64,000 nucleotides of DNA from Desulfuromonadales bacterium. Its GTDB lineage: Bacteria; Desulfobacterota; Desulfuromonadia; Desulfuromonadales; SZUA-540. Made by a program: the position numbers and the translations under genes. This document shows positions 38,785 to 48,315 of this stretch, piece by piece. Positions within the stretch are counted from its first letter, which is position 1. The number at the start of each line of letters is the position of its first letter. The stretch is taken from assembly GCA_033549025.1 (NCBI GenBank), contig JAWSUS010000010.1:1-64000 (forward strand). The letters are read 5' to 3'. The notes below the pieces were generated by a model. It was not told the DNA's origin. It saw nothing but the letters and a program-made list of their open reading frames with translations, and made no database searches.

Positions 38785-39954
38785 TTAGAAGTTTATATCC
38801 TGTACAGTATCAGCCTCGGTGGTGATGGTGACATTTTCAATAATCTGAGGATCGCCAACCAGTTGGGATTCCTCATCGAGCACGGAGGCGACCAGTTGGT
38901 AAGTGCCGACGGGCAGCTCAAGGGAATAGAGACCATCTTCAAGTTGGATGCTGGCCAGTTCCACCATGCCGCTGCAGTCAGCCGGCGCCGCCTGCCGGAC
39001 ACTGAGTACGACATGCTGTCCCTCTACCGGGGCGGCGACCGTCACCGTGCCGGACAGGGTGTTGAAATCGGCAGACTCCAGGAAAAAGTTCTGTCCGGAA
39101 AGACGCTGGTCGGCATTCAGACTGATTTCCAGACAGGCCGGGGCATAGCCTTGACCGTCCATCGGGGCGCGGAAAGCGAGCAGTTGGTAATTGCCGGGGG
39201 TCAGGAAAAGAGCATACCCCCCATCGTCAGCACTCAAAGTCGCAGCCTGAGTTTCGGCGGAAGCGGGGCGGTGAGCACTGACTCGGGTGTTGGGCAAGGG
39301 TGGCAAGGGCTCTTCCGTCCCGTCCTCGAAGACATGTCCCTGCACCATCGCGGCGCTGGCGACGACCTTGATGGTCGGCTTGAGCAGGTACTTGTAATTA
39401 TCCTTGCTGAGATTGCCGGCCACGACTACGGAACGGGCCGCATCGAAGTCGAGGATCAGCTCGGTGGTCTCATTGGAGGCGATGGTAAATCCGTTGACCA
39501 GTTTGATGCCGCTCTGCATACCGCTAGGCGTTTTCAGTTCATGACTTACATCGTCCAGAGTAATGACGTAGTTGCCGTATTCGTGCTCCTTATCCAAAAG
39601 GTTCAGCCCGTCATCAGGTGTTTCCGACAGGATCAGGCGCATCTGGGTGTAGTTGCCGGGGGCCAACTCCTCTTCTCCCAGCGTTTCCTGCACGCCGTTG
39701 ACCAGTTCCAGCAGGTTGTAGGTTTTCTGGGGGGTGGCCACGGTCGTCCAGTCTCCGCCCTCGGAATGAACATCGACCCGGTCAATAGTGACATAAATGG
39801 CCTTGAAGTCCGGGGTGGTGGCATCGACCATCTGCAGCGACAGGGTACCAGGCTCCGCGCTGCCGCTCGAACTGGAGCCGCCGCAGGCGGCCAGCATCAG
39901 CAGGCCGATGGACAGGAACATACCGAGAAACAGCTTCACATTATTCATTTTCAT
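38785..39954 (-). CDS. DUF4382-family lipoprotein with C-terminal beta-sandwich domains
   Basis: Lipobox LAAC plus GS linker, VYVTI-like motif, YTQMRL, SGIKL, LILDFDAARSVV, LLKPTI. Confidence 0.8.
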   Translation of the reverse strand: MKMNNVKLFLGMFLSIGLLMLAACGGSSSSGSAEPGTLSLQMVDATTPDFKAIYVTIDRVDVHSEGGDWTTVATPQKTYNLLELVNGVQETLGEEELAPGNYTQMRLILSETPDDGLNLLDKEHEYGNYVITLDDVSHELKTPSGMQSGIKLVNGFTIASNETTELILDFDAARSVVVAGNLSKDNYKYLLKPTIKVVASAAMVQGHVFEDGTEEPLPPLPNTRVSAHRPASAETQAATLSADDGGYALFLTPGNYQLLAFRAPMDGQGYAPACLEISLNADQRLSGQNFFLESADFNTLSGTVTVAAPVEGQHVVLSVRQAAPADCSGMVELASIQLEDGLYSLELPVGTYQLVASVLDEESQLVGDPQIIENVTITTEADTVQDINF

Positions 39955-40105
39955 GTTCTCCTCCTTTGGGGTTAAAGTGACGTGCCTGAAAGGACTTTAT
40001 CAATTTATAAGGGAAAATCAAGTCCGGTCGACCGTCGGTTCGTCCCGATTTGCCATAAGGCGCCGTCTTGATTAAAGTTAAGAGAATGTTGAAAGGAGAG
40101 CGACC

Positions 40106-40360
40106 ATGGATGTTTTTCAACGCCTGACCAAGGTGGTGCGCAAACAGCATGAAGAGGGTGAGTTGCCCGATTTTATTGTTCCACTGCTCATGAAGGTGGC
40201 GCAGCATCCGCAAGATTTCGCCGGCCGTGAGGAGTTGGTGGCCAAACTGGTGGAACGGGTGGATCAATACGAGACCTACTCGGAGATGTGCTGTGAAAAG
40301 ATAGGTTTCGGCCTGGAGGATATCCACCGGACGCTTGATGAGCTGCGGGTGCGCTACTGA
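40106..40360 (+). CDS. Hypothetical protein (84 aa)
   Basis: RBS AAAGGAG, host-like codon usage, SEMCCEK motif. Confidence 0.7.
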   Translation: MDVFQRLTKVVRKQHEEGELPDFIVPLLMKVAQHPQDFAGREELVAKLVERVDQYETYSEMCCEKIGFGLEDIHRTLDELRVRY

Positions 40361-40379
40361 TATCCCCCGGGCGGCCGAT

Positions 40380-40408
40380 TTGACCCTCTCGCCTGATTAT
40401 GTTACCTT
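40380..40408 (+). promoter_or_regulatory. Sigma70 promoter for the kamA-like/rpsU operon
   Basis: TTGACC, 17-bp spacer, extended -10 TGn-TACCTT. Confidence 0.6.
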
Positions 40409-40806
40409 GTTGACTCTGTGGCGGCGCCGTTCCCCGGCGTTCCGACCCTAGACCCGCTCTTGAGGTGGACCGTACAGGCCCGTTCTGTACGGAACGAACC
40501 CTCTCTCTCTGGGGCAGCACTGGCTTGAAGCGTTCCGTTTCAAGACCGGGTGCGGGTGGCCCCATCCTTCGTCAGAAATAATCTTCTTTACGCGTGTTGC
40601 GCGCGACCTGTCTCTGTGCCGACCATCCTGTGGCGATGGTCGGTTCCTCTTGTCCGAAGCCTCCTGTTGATCCGGCTGGTTTTTCGGATTCTCCCTTTCC
40701 GTCATGGTTGCAGTCGCGCCGGCACGAGCTATTCATCTGCCGGATGGCCCCTGCAGGCTTGTTTTTACCTGAGACCGTGGCCATCCCGACAACAGGAAAG
40801 GACGCT

Positions 40807-41916
40807 ATGAAGAACCAGGCCATGAAACAGCAAGAGGACGAAGTGAGCAACTGGCAGGACCAGATGAAGAATTTCGTCAATACCATCGACCGGGTGAAAG
40901 AATATGTGAATCTCACCCCTGAAGAAGAAGAGGTGCTGCGCAACAATAAAACAGTCTGGGGAGCGACGCCCCATTACGCTTCGTTGATGGATCGAGACGA
41001 TCCCGCTTGCCCGATCCGCCGCCAGATCATCCCCTCCCGGCAGGAGCAGGAAAACCGCTTCGGCATGGACGACTACCTGATGTGGAAGGAGAATCGCGCC
41101 ACCGACGAGGTGCGCCCCGACAGCATTGCCCGCCAGTACAAGAACCGCGTCGCCTTTACCGTCACCCAGACCTGCGGCATCTACTGCCGGCACTGCTTCC
41201 GTAAAGAGCTGGTGGTGGACGGCAGCCTCTCCCTGGACTTCAATGTCGACGAAGGGCTGCAATGGATCGCCGAGCACCCTGAGGTGCGCGACGTGCTCAT
41301 CACCGGCGGCGACCCCTTTTTGCTCTCCGACGAGCAGATCGATTACCTCATCCGCAAGCTCCGCGAGCTGCCCCATGTCGAGATGATCCGTTTCGGTACG
41401 CGCACGCCCATCGTACTGCCGCAGCGCATCACCCCTTCGCTCATGAAGGTGCTCGGCGGCTTCCACAAGGTGCCCATCTGGATCAACACCCAGTGCAACC
41501 ACCCCCGGGAGCTCACCGAAGAGACGGCGCGGGCTGTCTACAACCTGCTGAGCTGCGGCGTCAACGTGGGCAACCAGGCCGTGCTGCTCAAAGGAATCAA
41601 CGACGATGTGGAGACCTTCCGCGAGCTGCATGAGAAGCTGCTGGCCACCCGCATCCGCCCCTACTACGTCTTTTACTGCGAGGCGGCGCCGGGCATCGAC
41701 CACTTCCGCACTCCGGTGGAGAAGGGCTCGCAACTGATTCGGGACGCTCTGCGCGGCCACACCACCGGTCTGGCTCAGCCGATGCACGTCATCGCCACCA
41801 ATATCGGCAAGATTCCCCTGATGCCCGATTATTACATCCAGGGGAAAAACGACAAAGAATACACCCTGAGGAACCACAAGGGGGAGACGACGACGATTCC
41901 CAATGTGCCCGAGTAA
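40807..41916 (+). CDS. KamA-family radical SAM/PLP aminomutase-like protein (atypical)
   Basis: CPIRRQIIP, CGIYCRHCFR, TGGDP, GTRTP, NQAVLLKGIND, PYY, HFRT, GKIP. RBS GGAAAGGA. Confidence 0.9.
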   Translation: MKNQAMKQQEDEVSNWQDQMKNFVNTIDRVKEYVNLTPEEEEVLRNNKTVWGATPHYASLMDRDDPACPIRRQIIPSRQEQENRFGMDDYLMWKENRATDEVRPDSIARQYKNRVAFTVTQTCGIYCRHCFRKELVVDGSLSLDFNVDEGLQWIAEHPEVRDVLITGGDPFLLSDEQIDYLIRKLRELPHVEMIRFGTRTPIVLPQRITPSLMKVLGGFHKVPIWINTQCNHPRELTEETARAVYNLLSCGVNVGNQAVLLKGINDDVETFRELHEKLLATRIRPYYVFYCEAAPGIDHFRTPVEKGSQLIRDALRGHTTGLAQPMHVIATNIGKIPLMPDYYIQGKNDKEYTLRNHKGETTTIPNVPE

Positions 41917-41956
41917 ACGCGGGCGCTTTTAATCGTACATGAAAGGAGAGTTGCTT

Positions 41957-42154
41957 TTGGAAATCAAGGTCATTGACGGCAATCTGGTCAAAGCCATGAA
42001 AGTCATGAAGCGCAAACTTCAGCAGGAAGGCTTGTTTCGCGACATGAAGGCGCGGCGCTTTTATGAGAAACCCAGCGTCAAGCGCAAGCGCAAGCAGAAG
42101 GAAGCCCTGCGGCGCGAGCGCAAGCGCCTGAGCAAGCTGAAACGTTTTTATTGA
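41957..42154 (+). CDS. rpsU: 30S ribosomal protein bS21
   Basis: EIKV...KAMKVMKRKLQQEGLFRDMKARRFYEKPSVKRKRK. TTG start after AAAGGAG. Confidence 0.95.
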   Translation: MEIKVIDGNLVKAMKVMKRKLQQEGLFRDMKARRFYEKPSVKRKRKQKEALRRERKRLSKLKRFY

Positions 42155-42167
42155 ATCCGCACCCCCC

Positions 42168-42201
42168 AGGGAGCGCCGTTAGCCGCGGCGCTCCCTTTTT
42201 T
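42168..42201 (+). terminator. Intrinsic terminator after rpsU
   Basis: AGGGAGCGCCG-TTAGCCG-CGGCGCTCCCT-TTTTT. Confidence 0.9.
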
Positions 42202-42292
42202 GTGCCCGGCTAGTTGGCGGCCTGTCTGCTTTGGGTTAGAATGGGTGCAGGTTTTTACGGCAGTGAATCCTATTCCCCGGCAGGAGATTTCC

Positions 42293-43156
42293 ATGGGTTA
42301 TGTCTATCTCAATGGCCGCTTTGTAGAAAGTGAACAGGCTATGGTTTCCGTCTTCGACCAGGGTTTCCTCTACGGTGACGGCATCTTCGAGAGCTTCCGT
42401 TCCGTCGGCGACCGGCTCTACCAGTTTGCCCAGCACTACCAGCGTCTGTTGCAATCGGCCGAGGCCCTCTGCTATCCGCTGACCTTCACCCAGGCGGAGC
42501 TGGAGGACATCCTGCTGGAACTGCGCCGTCGAAATGGACTGAGGGATGCCTATTACCGTATCACCATCACCCGCGGCAAGGGGCAGATCGGCTTTCAGCG
42601 CGACATGAACAACGACTTGACCTGTCTGGTGGTGGGGACGGAATTCAAGGGCTTCGACCCTGTCCACTATCGGCAGGGCATCCCCCTGCGGGTGGCCCAA
42701 ACCCGCCGCAACGCCCCCGAGGCCATCAGCCCTAAAATCAAGTCCATCAGCAACCTCAACAGCCTGCTCGGCAAGCTGGAGGCCCGGGCCGCCGGGGCCT
42801 TTGAGGTCATCATGCTCAACAATCGCGGCCATATCTGCGAAGGCGCTTCCTCGAACATCTTCTGGGCCAAGGACGACTGGATATTCACCCCGGATGTCTC
42901 CACCGGCCTGCTCGAGGGGGTGACCCGCGCAACCATTATCCGCCTGTGCGAAGAGGTGCTCAACCTGCGGGTGATTACCGGCGAATTTCGGCTGCAGGAT
43001 CTGAAGTTCTCCGACGAGGTGTTCATCACCTCCACCTCTCTGGAGGTCATGCCGGTGGTGCGGGTCGACGACTTCACCATCAAGCAGGGTCTCGCCGGGC
43101 CTGTCGCCCACCGCCTGCGGCAGGAGCTGCACCGGGATATGGGCAAGCAGAGCTGA
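42293..43156 (+). CDS. Fold-type IV PLP aminotransferase (IlvE/D-amino acid transaminase/PabC family)
   Basis: DQGFLYGDGIFE, RITITRG, KS, EGASSNIF, LEGVTR, EVFITST. Confidence 0.92.
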   Translation: MGYVYLNGRFVESEQAMVSVFDQGFLYGDGIFESFRSVGDRLYQFAQHYQRLLQSAEALCYPLTFTQAELEDILLELRRRNGLRDAYYRITITRGKGQIGFQRDMNNDLTCLVVGTEFKGFDPVHYRQGIPLRVAQTRRNAPEAISPKIKSISNLNSLLGKLEARAAGAFEVIMLNNRGHICEGASSNIFWAKDDWIFTPDVSTGLLEGVTRATIIRLCEEVLNLRVITGEFRLQDLKFSDEVFITSTSLEVMPVVRVDDFTIKQGLAGPVAHRLRQELHRDMGKQS

Positions 43157-43282
43157 CCTTCTCCCGATTTTTCACGCAATCGAGCGTTTTTTTCTGTCGA
43201 TGCGATTGCGTCCGAGGCTAAATTCTGCCATATTACCGGGTTAAATCCGTCAACGATGATGAAATGATTTCAGGAGATTCCG

Positions 43283-46200
43283 ATGCCCCAACGCGACGAT
43301 GTGAAGAAAGTTCTGATTATCGGTTCCGGCCCGATCGTGATCGGTCAGGCCTGTGAGTTCGATTATTCCGGCACCCAGGCCTGCAAGGCCCTGCGCAAGC
43401 TCGGTTACCGGATCGTGCTGGTCAATTCCAATCCAGCCACTATCATGACCGACCCGGGCATGGCCGATGCCACCTATATCGAGCCGCTCAACGTCGAGCG
43501 TCTGACCGAAATCATTGAAAAAGAGCGTCCCGACGCCTTGCTTCCCAACCTGGGCGGTCAGACTGCCCTCAATCTTTCCAGCGAGCTGGCGCGGCGCGGC
43601 ATTCTCGACCAGTACGGAGTGCGGGTCATCGGCGTCAATCTGGATGCCATCAAGCGCGGCGAGGATCGGGAGACCTTCAAGGAGACCATGGCTGGTCTGG
43701 GGATCGAGACTCCGCGCAGCGAGATCGCCACCACCCTGGAGCAAGCCCAGGAGATCGTCGGCCGCATCGGCCTGCCGGTGGTCATTCGTCCCGCCTACAC
43801 TATGGGCGGCACCGGCGGTGGCTTCGCCTACAATCTGGAGGAGTTCGAGACCATCGTCAGCCGCGGTCTGGCCGCCAGTCCGGTGAGCCAGGTCCTCATC
43901 GAGGAATCGATTCTCGGCTGGGAGGAACTGGAGCTTGAGGTGGTGCGCGATGCCAAGAACCAGAAGATCACCGTCTGCTTCATCGAGAACGTCGATGCCG
44001 TCGGCGTGCACACCGGCGACTCCTTCTGCACTGCCCCCATGCTGACCATCGACGCCGACCTGCAGGCGCGTCTGCAGGACTACGCCTACCGCATTGTCGA
44101 CGCCATCGAGGTCATCGGCGGCACCAACGTGCAGTTCGCCTACGATCCCAAGAGCGGTCGCGTGGTGGTCATCGAGATCAATCCCCGCACCTCGCGTTCG
44201 TCGGCGCTGGCCTCCAAGGCCACCGGCTTTCCCATCGCCCTGGTCTCGGCCCAGCTGGCCGCCGGGCTCACGCTTGACGAGATCCCCTACTGGCGCGACG
44301 GCACCCTGGAAAAATACACGCCTTCCGGAGACTACGTGGTGGTCAAGTTCGCCCGCTGGGCCTTTGAAAAATTCAAGGGTGTGCATGACAAGCTCGGCAC
44401 CCAGATGCGCGCCGTCGGCGAGGTCATGAGCATTGGCAAGAACTACAAGGAGGCTCTGCACAAGGCGATCCGTTCCCTTGAGAACGGCCGCTACGGCCTC
44501 GGCTTCGCCAAGAATTTCCATCAGAAATCCCTCGACGAGCTGCTGGAGCTGCTGGCCGAACCTTCCAGCGAGCGCCAGTTCATCCTCTACGAAGCCCTGC
44601 GCAAGGGCGCCGACATCGACATGCTCTACGGCAAGACTTTCATCAAACCCTGGTTCCTGCAGCAGATGAAGGAGCTGGTGGTGCTGGAGGAGGAAATCCT
44701 GCAGCACAAGGGGAGCCTGCCGCCTGACGCCCTGCTGATTCAGGCCAAGAAGGATGGCTTCGCCGACCGCTACCTGGCGCAGATCCTCGGAGTACGCGAG
44801 CAGGCGATCCGCGAGAAGCGCATCGCTCTCGGCATGGTCGAAGCCTGGGAGGCCGTGCCCGTCAGTGGCGTTGAAAACGCCGCCTACTATTATTCTTCCT
44901 ACAATGCCCCCGACTCCGTAGCTGTCTCCGACCGCAAGAAGATCATGGTGCTGGGCGGCGGCCCCAACCGCATCGGCCAGGGGATCGAGTTCGACTACTG
45001 CTGCGTGCATACGGCCCTGGCCCTGCGCGAGGCGGGGTATGAGACCATCATGGTCAACTGCAATCCCGAGACGGTCTCCACCGACTACGACACTTCGGAC
45101 AAGCTCTACTTTGAACCGTTGACCGTCGAGGACGTGCTCTCCATCTACGAGAAGGAGAAGCCCGAAGGGGTGGTGGTGCAGTTCGGCGGTCAGACGCCGC
45201 TGAATATCGCCCGCGAGCTTGAAGCGGCGGGAGTGCCCATCCTCGGCACCAGCCCCGAGACCATCGACCAGGCCGAGGACCGCGACCTCTTCAACCAGAC
45301 CATGATCAAGCTCGGCATTCCCCAGCCCGAATCGGGCATGGCCGCCACCGAAGAGCAGGCGGTGCAGATTGCCGCCCGCATCGGCTATCCCCTCATCGTG
45401 CGCCCCTCCTTCGTCCTCGGGGGCCGGGCCATGGAGGTGGTCCATGACGAGGGGATGCTGCGCGAGTATCTGCAGAAAGCCGTGGAGATTTCCCCCGAGC
45501 GCCCCATTCTCATCGACCGCTTCCTGCAGAACGCCATCGAGGCCGAAGCCGACGCCATCGCTGACGGCAAGGATGCCTTCGTGCCGGCGGTCATGGAGCA
45601 CATCGAGCTGGCCGGCGTCCATTCCGGCGATTCGGCCTGCGTCATTCCGCCGGTCTCCATCCCGGCCAAACACATCGCCACCATCGAAGAATACACCCGG
45701 CGCATCGCCGTGGAGATGGGGGTGGTCGGGCTGATGAACATCCAGTACGCCATCGCCGACGACAAGGTGTACATTCTGGAAGCCAACCCCCGCGCCAGCC
45801 GCACCGTGCCCCTGGTCTCCAAGGTCTGCAATATCCCCATGCCGCGCATCGCCGTGGCCGCCATGCTGGGCAAAAAGCTCGCCGAGCAGGGCCTCGACCG
45901 GCAGAAGTTCGCTCATTTCGGCGTTAAGGAGGCGGTCTTCCCCTTCAGCATGTTCCCCGAAGTCGATCCTGTGCTGGGGCCGGAGATGCGTTCCACCGGT
46001 GAAGTGCTGGGTCTGGCCGGCAACTACGGCCTCGCCTATTTCAAGGCTCAGGAAGGGGCCAATGCGCCGTTGCCCCTGCAGGGGACGGTGCTCATCACCG
46101 TGGCCGAGCACGACAAGGCCGAGGCTCTCAAGGCGGCGCAACTCTTTGCCGAGCTGGGCTTTGCCATTCGCGCCACCGCCGGGACCCAGGCGTTTCTTTC

Positions 46201-46483
46201 CGCGCAGGGGATTGCGGCAGAGCGGATCAACAAGATGCACGAAGGGCGTCCCAATATTGCCGATGCCATCAAAAACGGCGAGATCCAGTTGGTGATCAAT
46301 ACCCCTGTCGGCAAACTCAGCGCCCATGACGACTCCTACATCCGCAAGGCCGCCATTCGCTACAAGGTGCCTTACATCACCACCACGGCCGCGGCCCTGG
46401 CCGCCGCCAAGGGGATTGCCGCCTGCCGGCAGGGTCAGGAGACCGTCCGCAGCCTGCAGGAGTACCACGCCGCCTTTCACTAA
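43283..46483 (+). CDS. carB: Carbamoyl-phosphate synthase large subunit
   Basis: GSGPIVIGQACEFDYSG, two ATP-grasp domains, GPEMRSTGE, C-terminal MGS domain. Confidence 0.97.
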   Translation: MPQRDDVKKVLIIGSGPIVIGQACEFDYSGTQACKALRKLGYRIVLVNSNPATIMTDPGMADATYIEPLNVERLTEIIEKERPDALLPNLGGQTALNLSSELARRGILDQYGVRVIGVNLDAIKRGEDRETFKETMAGLGIETPRSEIATTLEQAQEIVGRIGLPVVIRPAYTMGGTGGGFAYNLEEFETIVSRGLAASPVSQVLIEESILGWEELELEVVRDAKNQKITVCFIENVDAVGVHTGDSFCTAPMLTIDADLQARLQDYAYRIVDAIEVIGGTNVQFAYDPKSGRVVVIEINPRTSRSSALASKATGFPIALVSAQLAAGLTLDEIPYWRDGTLEKYTPSGDYVVVKFARWAFEKFKGVHDKLGTQMRAVGEVMSIGKNYKEALHKAIRSLENGRYGLGFAKNFHQKSLDELLELLAEPSSERQFILYEALRKGADIDMLYGKTFIKPWFLQQMKELVVLEEEILQHKGSLPPDALLIQAKKDGFADRYLAQILGVREQAIREKRIALGMVEAWEAVPVSGVENAAYYYSSYNAPDSVAVSDRKKIMVLGGGPNRIGQGIEFDYCCVHTALALREAGYETIMVNCNPETVSTDYDTSDKLYFEPLTVEDVLSIYEKEKPEGVVVQFGGQTPLNIARELEAAGVPILGTSPETIDQAEDRDLFNQTMIKLGIPQPESGMAATEEQAVQIAARIGYPLIVRPSFVLGGRAMEVVHDEGMLREYLQKAVEISPERPILIDRFLQNAIEAEADAIADGKDAFVPAVMEHIELAGVHSGDSACVIPPVSIPAKHIATIEEYTRRIAVEMGVVGLMNIQYAIADDKVYILEANPRASRTVPLVSKVCNIPMPRIAVAAMLGKKLAEQGLDRQKFAHFGVKEAVFPFSMFPEVDPVLGPEMRSTGEVLGLAGNYGLAYFKAQEGANAPLPLQGTVLITVAEHDKAEALKAAQLFAELGFAIRATAGTQAFLSAQGIAAERINKMHEGRPNIADAIKNGEIQLVINTPVGKLSAHDDSYIRKAAIRYKVPYITTTAAALAAAKGIAACRQGQETVRSLQEYHAAFH

Positions 46484-46515
46484 AAAGCGGCCTACACCCA
46501 TTACTGACTGAAATG

Positions 46516-46557
46516 AAGGCGGGCAGGACTGAAGAAGGTTCTGCCTGCTTTTGTTTT
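46516..46557 (+). terminator. Probable intrinsic terminator after carB
   Basis: AAGGCGGGCAGGA...TTCTGCCTGCTTT followed by TGTTTT. Confidence 0.6.
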
Positions 46558-46670
46558 GGCGGAGTCGTTCGACTTTTACCCGGGGCCATGCTAAAATTCG
46601 CCCGTTTATAACGACTATGATCCCGCCCCGGCGTGCGGCCCGGTTCGGCGGATCCATCGAGGTTACACCT

Positions 46671-47258
46671 ATGTTTCTTCTTGTTTTTCTGCTGGCGGCC
46701 TACCTGATTGGCGCCATTCCCTGCGGCATCGTCCTCACCCGGCTGGTCGGCTCCGAGGATATCCGCCAGGCGGGTAGCGGCAATATCGGCGCGACCAACG
46801 TCTACCGGGTGGCCGGGCGCAAGCTGGGGGTGGCCACCCTGATTCTTGACACCCTCAAAGGGGTACTGCCGGTGGGGGCTGCCCTGGCCGTTTTCCCCGA
46901 ATCCCTGGGGGCGGTGGCTCTGGTGGCGGCGGCGACCTTTCTGGGTCACCTCTATCCGGTCTACATCGGTTTTAAAGGGGGCAAGGGGGTGGCCACGGCG
47001 CTGGGGATTTTTCTGGTGCTGTCGCCCAAAAGCGTCCTGGTCGCTCTTGTCGTCTTTGTGGTCCTGGTGTGGAAATGGCGCTACATCTCTCTCGGCTCCG
47101 TCTGCGCCGCCGCGATCTGTCCTTTGCTTGTTTACTATTTTGAGCGCTCGACGCCCCTCTTTCTGGTCACCCTCTTTATCGGCGGCATGGTCATCCTGCG
47201 CCACCGGGCCAATATCGAGCGCCTGATCGCCGGCACCGAAAATCGCTTTCGGGCCTGA
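46671..47258 (+). CDS. plsY: Glycerol-3-phosphate acyltransferase PlsY
   Basis: GSGNIGATNVYR, D..KG, GH.YP, FKGGKGVAT, HRANI. Confidence 0.96.
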   Translation: MFLLVFLLAAYLIGAIPCGIVLTRLVGSEDIRQAGSGNIGATNVYRVAGRKLGVATLILDTLKGVLPVGAALAVFPESLGAVALVAAATFLGHLYPVYIGFKGGKGVATALGIFLVLSPKSVLVALVVFVVLVWKWRYISLGSVCAAAICPLLVYYFERSTPLFLVTLFIGGMVILRHRANIERLIAGTENRFRA

Positions 47259-47275
47259 TTGAGGTATAGTTCACC

Positions 47276-48277
47276 ATGTCGCGAAAAACGTCCCTGACCC
47301 TGCTGGTCCTGATCCTGCTGCTGTTACCTGTCGTTTATGGGGCCGCTGACTTTACCCGCTTTATGCTGCGGTCGGTGACGCCGACTGAGCCGCAGGTGAT
47401 TTCCATTCGTCCCGGCAGTTCTTTCGCCCAGGTGGCCCAAAGGCTGGAGGAAGGGGGCGTGGTGGACAGTGCCCTGCGCCTGCGCCTGCTGGCCCGCTGG
47501 CGGGGAGAGGCGGGCCGGGTCAAGGCCGGCGAGTACCGCTTTGCCGAAGCGGCTGCTCCCGGCGAGGTTTTAAAACGCCTGGTGGCGGGGGACGTTATCC
47601 AGTATCGTTTCACGGTGCCGGAAGGGCTGACTCTGGCGGAAATCGCGCGAAAGCTGGCGGCAGAAGGCCGAGGTGATGGCGACAGCTTCCTGCAGCTGGC
47701 GCAGGATGCCGATTTTATCCATTCCCTCGGGGTGGAGGCTAAAACGCTGGAAGGATACCTCTATCCGGAGACCTATACCCTGGTGGCGACCACGGAAGAG
47801 AAGGAGCTGCTGCAGGCGATGGTGCGGCAGATGAAAGCCCGCCTGACGGAAGAGCTCCTGGCGGGCGCCAGGGCCAGGGGGCTGTCCGTCCACGAGCTGC
47901 TGACCCTGGCATCCATCATCCAGAAGGAAGCGGGGAACGAGGCCGAAATGCCTATCATCGGTGGGGTCTTCCACAACCGGTTGCAGCGGGGGATGCGGTT
48001 GCAGTCGGACCCGACGGTGATTTACGGCGTGAAGGACTTTGACGGCAACCTCACCCGCCGGCACCTGGAGGAATGGACCGCTTACAATACCTACCGCATC
48101 GCCGGCCTGCCCCCCGGGCCCATTGCCAGCCCGGGTGAGCCGGCCCTGCGCGCGGCGGCCTTTCCGGCCGAAGTGAACTATCTCTACTTTGTGGGGAAGG
48201 GCGATGGCACCCACGTCTTTTCCACTACGCTGCGTGAGCACAATGACGCGGTGCGGCGCTATCAGTTGAAGCGTTGA
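47276..48277 (+). CDS. mltG: Endolytic transglycosylase MltG
   Basis: VPEG, LEGYLYPETY, ASIIQKE, NRL..GMRLQSDPT, YNTY...GLPPGPI. Confidence 0.95.
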   Translation: MSRKTSLTLLVLILLLLPVVYGAADFTRFMLRSVTPTEPQVISIRPGSSFAQVAQRLEEGGVVDSALRLRLLARWRGEAGRVKAGEYRFAEAAAPGEVLKRLVAGDVIQYRFTVPEGLTLAEIARKLAAEGRGDGDSFLQLAQDADFIHSLGVEAKTLEGYLYPETYTLVATTEEKELLQAMVRQMKARLTEELLAGARARGLSVHELLTLASIIQKEAGNEAEMPIIGGVFHNRLQRGMRLQSDPTVIYGVKDFDGNLTRRHLEEWTAYNTYRIAGLPPGPIASPGEPALRAAAFPAEVNYLYFVGKGDGTHVFSTTLREHNDAVRRYQLKR

Positions 48278-48315
48278 AGCAGGCCTGAAAAACATCGTCT
48301 GAATCGGGGGAGCCT

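Noticed and set aside
40594..40806. 71-aa N-terminal extension of the KamA-like ORF
   Set aside because: TTG start without an RBS and non-homologous-looking sequence; a good RBS precedes ATG 40807.
42293..43156. Aminotransferase as part of the kamA-like/rpsU operon
   Set aside because: A strong terminator separates them; a functional link (beta-amino acid transamination) is possible but unsupported here.
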